From an uncultured Gemmataceae bacterium (lineage in GTDB: Bacteria > Planctomycetota > Planctomycetia > Gemmatales > Gemmataceae), in assembly GCA_963750165.1 (NCBI GenBank), contig CAVVPN010000003.1, forward strand, positions 1,792,001-1,856,000: a DNA stretch of 64,000 bases, in the 5' to 3' direction. The position numbers were made by a program, and so were the translations under genes. This document shows, piece after piece, positions 62,931 through 64,000 of the stretch; position 1 is the stretch's first letter, and every line of letters starts with the position of its first letter. The notes under the pieces are model-generated. The model was given only the letters and a program-made list of their open reading frames with translations. It did no database searches and had not been told where the DNA came from.

Positions 62931-63212
62931 ATGAGCAAGCCCGAACAGTCCGCGGCAGCCGCCCTCCGCATGTGGTATCGCCACCACGGCTACCTCCGCC
63001 GGCCGCTGGCCTGGCGCATCCGTGCGGGCGAGGATCGGCCCGATGATTGGCAAGTTTGCTTCCTGGTGAAATCGGTCGTGGATCTGAGACAACTGCGGTC
63101 GGCGCTCGCGAAAGTCGGATTTCATCTCCCGCCGGCGCTTCGGCGCTTCGGCTACCACTGGCAGAATTTAACGGGACAGGCCAACCAGCAACGGTTCCTG
63201 AATCTCCTGTGA
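62931..63212 (+). CDS. Small basic protein resembling a degenerate single LAGLIDADG domain
   Basis: 93 aa; 'ALRMWYRHHGYL..VCFLVKSVVDLRQLRSALAKVGF..YHWQNLTGQANQQRFLNLL' parallels the LAGLIDADG secondary-structure pattern (by eye). Confidence 0.55.
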   Translation: MSKPEQSAAAALRMWYRHHGYLRRPLAWRIRAGEDRPDDWQVCFLVKSVVDLRQLRSALAKVGFHLPPALRRFGYHWQNLTGQANQQRFLNLL

Positions 63213-63299
63213 TGTGGTGACGGACCACCAGCTGGAAAGCAGCGACCCATCGATTCCCGACTCTTTGCGCTCTGCTGGGCGAGACTGTGACAACCTGGA

Positions 63300-63409
63300 G
63301 AATCAGCGCGGCCCCTGGATTTGATAGGGGTGTCTGTGAGATGAAATGAGATCAAAGCCCTCCGTGGCACCATCTCCATTATATCGCCCAAACCGCTACC
63401 GGGGAACGG
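63300..63409 (-). other. Conserved non-coding element, copy B
   Basis: Alignable to 20888-20996; minus-strand TATAAT at 63383-63378. Confidence 0.6.
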
Positions 63410-63704
63410 CCCTGCGCCTGACCCGGCGAGTCCCGGCTCTGGTGGAATGTTGATCGCCCAGCCTCCTTGCATCGCGTGGCCTTCGCCGGCGCAACCGATA
63501 CAGGCCGCACAGACAGACTCCTGAAGCGCCGGTTTTGCCGATCTTGCCGTCGCCCGGCTACACCGGTTCGCTCGCGCCATCCGATACAACTTGCGATACC
63601 AGTTCCCTGACAAAACGCGCCGCCGGGCACTGTCGCGGCACGCGGGCCGTGGCATGGTCCTGTCAGGCGTCCTCGAAACCCCTGACGAGCGAAAAGAGTG
63701 TCCC

Positions 63705-64000
63705 ATGAGAAACGGATTTCTCGGGTCGCTGTTCACGTTGTTGGCCTGCGCGGGCGCCGCCTCGGCCCAGTCGTTCCCGTCGTTCCAGGCCGCCCCGCCC
63801 CCCGGCTATGGACCGCCGCCAGCCGGCTTCTACAACCCCTACTACGGCGTCGCGCCCCAGCAGCCGCCCCGGATGCCGGCCTGGCCAGGCTCCGCGCCGC
63901 AGGGCGCGTACGGCATGCCCTACGGCGCCCCGATGATGCCGGGCTACGGCCCGCCGATGGGCGCGAACCCCGGCTACCCGAGCTACCCCGGACTCGCCCC
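63705..64000 (+). CDS. Secreted protein with Pro/Gly/Tyr-rich N-terminus (partial, runs off the right edge)
   Basis: MRNGFLGSLFTLLACAGAASAQ signal peptide followed by PPPGYG low-complexity sequence; open to the window end. Confidence 0.7.
   Translation, partial: MRNGFLGSLFTLLACAGAASAQSFPSFQAAPPPGYGPPPAGFYNPYYGVAPQQPPRMPAWPGSAPQGAYGMPYGAPMMPGYGPPMGANPGYPSYPGLA

Noticed and set aside
63340..63385. Fluoride riboswitch (GGAGATGG start)
   Set aside because: Lacks the complementary CTCC stem and the downstream GCTGATGA..CTAC pseudoknot, and there is no fluoride-related gene downstream.

Overview
High-GC bacterial chromosome segment, most consistent with a Gemmataceae-type planctomycete: an ECF sigma factor with the 'TDGQLLERF' motif, several DUF1501 genes, WD40 and WD40-kinase proteins, a PQQ-type propeller, zinc-ribbon membrane proteins and an ExbB/ExbD/prenyltransferase-repeat operon. 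About 45 protein genes are recognisable, including cinA, mutY, truD, prpB/prpC, ribBA, lutA/lutB, a glycerate kinase, an HpnN-like RND transporter, an OxlT plus acyl-CoA ligase pair, a VapBC toxin-antitoxin pair and an Ino1 plus UbiA pair. No rRNA, tRNA, CRISPR array or transposase was seen. About 20 genes carry single frameshifts, many at GCGC/CGCG runs; these are probably long-read errors. Notable non-standard signals: (i) about 20 REP/REPIN-like palindromes from several families, some inside protein-coding frames (an exact 87-bp in-frame insertion in a GT2 glycosyltransferase) and some bracketing headless gene tails; (ii) a 93-aa protein resembling a degenerate single-domain LAGLIDADG fold, preceded by two 18-bp palindromes and two ~70-bp direct repeats; (iii) a ~110-bp non-coding element carrying TATAAT, present twice 42 kb apart; (iv) an ExbB/ExbD motor whose apparent TonB-like partner (S-x3-H helix) ends in a terpene-cyclase-like barrel; (v) an orphan Rpn-type C-terminal domain; (vi) an oxalate module abutting a truncated sulfatase. 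All assignments come from motif recognition by eye; no database searches were run.
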